Positions 62,599 to 64,000 of a stretch of 64,000 bases of DNA are shown here, piece after piece (the stretch's first letter is position 1; each line of letters starts with the position of its first letter). The stretch lies in NCBI RefSeq assembly GCF_006345805.1, contig NC_043010.1:38068001-38132000 (forward strand), read 5' to 3'. The position numbers and the translations under genes are program-made. The notes beneath the pieces are model-generated. The model was not told where the DNA came from. It did no database searches and was given only the letters and a program-made list of their open reading frames with translations. The stretch comes from Octopus sinensis. Taxonomy: Eukaryota.

Positions 62599-62993
62599 CT
62601 AGCAGTATCGCCCGGCGTTGCTCGGGTTTGTAAGGGAAATAACTATAAAGCATTTTAGAGAGTTATAGCCAAAAAATAGCAAAAAATGCATTAAAAATGG
62701 AAAAAAAATTATGGTAAATTTTTTTTTAAAACCGTTGACTCATCGTAGACATTTTTAGAGAGTTACTTCCCTTTATTTAAAAAAAATATGCATTAAAATG
62801 GGAAAAAATGATGGTAAATTATTTTTAAAATCGTAGACTCATCGTAGACAAGCGCTAATACCCAGAAGGGCTCGATATGAATCACGACTATAAGATACCC
62901 GGTTTTGGTTAAACTGCATCGCAAAATGTGGGAGTAGTTAGGAATCTAAATCGGAGTAGACAGACACACAACCTTTCTTTTATATATAAAGAT
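62598..62993 (+). mobile_element. Second copy of the Helitron/Helentron-like family, with an internal duplication
   Basis: Same 5' 60 nt and 3' about 190 nt as 60442-60956. The middle is a duplicated ATGCATTAAAA...GACTCATCGTAGAC block. Confidence 0.7.
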
Positions 62994-63001
62994 ATATATA
63001 T

Positions 63002-63045
<44 letters not shown>

Positions 63046-63614
63046 TACGACGGACTTTCTTTCCGGTTAAAGCTATTTTTGATATAATAGTTTTAAGTGA
63101 AAGTATCATTGCAGTGTGTGACGATGTTTAATTTTTTTTTTTTATAATGCTAATATTTTTTAGAGTGGTTTGTTAAATGATAACTGTATTTCAGATTTTC
63201 ATTTCATTTGTGGTGGAAGTAATAACTTTTGAACACTAAACACTTGTTTCACTTCCCATTAAATTTATTCAACTGACATTAATTTTTTTTATTTTTATAT
63301 TTTTTATTTTTATATTTTTTTAGTATTCATTTTCAATTTTTTTCAAGTTCGACATATTTCTTTGTTTTTCATTCGTTTCATTTTCCATAATTTTTATAAA
63401 TACATTTTTTATATTCTTTATATATAAATTTCAATTTCCAAATTAGTACTTTTTTTATTATTTATATTTCATTGTTTTTTATTATTTATATTTCATTATT
63501 TTTATACCAATCTAACTTTTTCGACAGTATTTTTTTCACCTTCACAAACAAATATAAACACATATATTAAACAACGTATCTGAAACAACACACATATATT
63601 TCTTATTTCGTTAC

Positions 63615-64000
63615 ATAGAGGAGACAAACAAGGACAGACAAAGGTATTAAGTCGATTATATCGACCCCAGTGCGTAACTGGTACTTATTTAATCGGCCTC
63701 GAAAGGATGAAAGGTGAAGTTGACCTCGGCGGAATTTGAACTCAGAACGTAACGGCAGGCGAAATACCTATTTCTTTACTACCCACAATGGACTAAACAC
63801 AGAGAGAACAAACAAGGACAGACAAACGGATTAAGTCGATTATATCGACCCCAGTGCGTAACTGGTACTTATTTAATCGACTCCGAAAGGACGAAAGGCA
63901 AAGTCGACCGCGGCGGAATTCGAACTCAGAATTTGAACTGCCGTTACTTAGACGAAATATGGCTACGCATTTCGCCCGACGTGCTAACGTTTTTGCCAGC
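63615..64000 (-). repeat. Family A SINE dimer reaching the window end
   Basis: Two bodies joined at GCGAAATA|CCTATTTC (about 63768), with the head at 63955-64000. Confidence 0.9.

Overview
AT-rich, microsatellite-saturated animal genomic DNA. The SINE families look like octopus (coleoid cephalopod) repeats, which is an inference from recognising them. There are no prokaryotic features, rRNA, true tRNA genes or CRISPR, and almost all ORFs in the supplied track are microsatellite or low-complexity artefacts. One host exon is confidently identifiable and is absent from the ORF track: the last coding exon of MGAT1 (GlcNAc-transferase I) at 3709-3822 (+). The rest is mobile DNA: dozens of tRNA-derived SINEs (several as exact head-to-tail multimers of about 183 bp), a full-length dead mariner (19464-20755), other Tc1/mariner fragments, non-autonomous Helitron-like elements and MITEs. 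It also holds a 1.9-kb foldback element with arms of about 620 bp (41593-43521), and directly next to it a near-intact 4-kb CR1/L2-group LINE whose ORF1 carries an array of CCCH zinc fingers. The most interesting hidden layer is a set of at least six minimal type I hammerhead-ribozyme motifs. Five lie on the minus strand about 85-130 nt upstream of a (TA)n tract, and one of these sits downstream of a Penelope-like GIY-YIG C-terminal remnant. Two carry the canonical CUGAAGA core, two carry the compensatory U3-A8 core swap (UUGANAA) and two carry an A6-to-U core. All folds were done by eye and no searches were run. Coordinates for SINEs and degenerate repeats are approximate.
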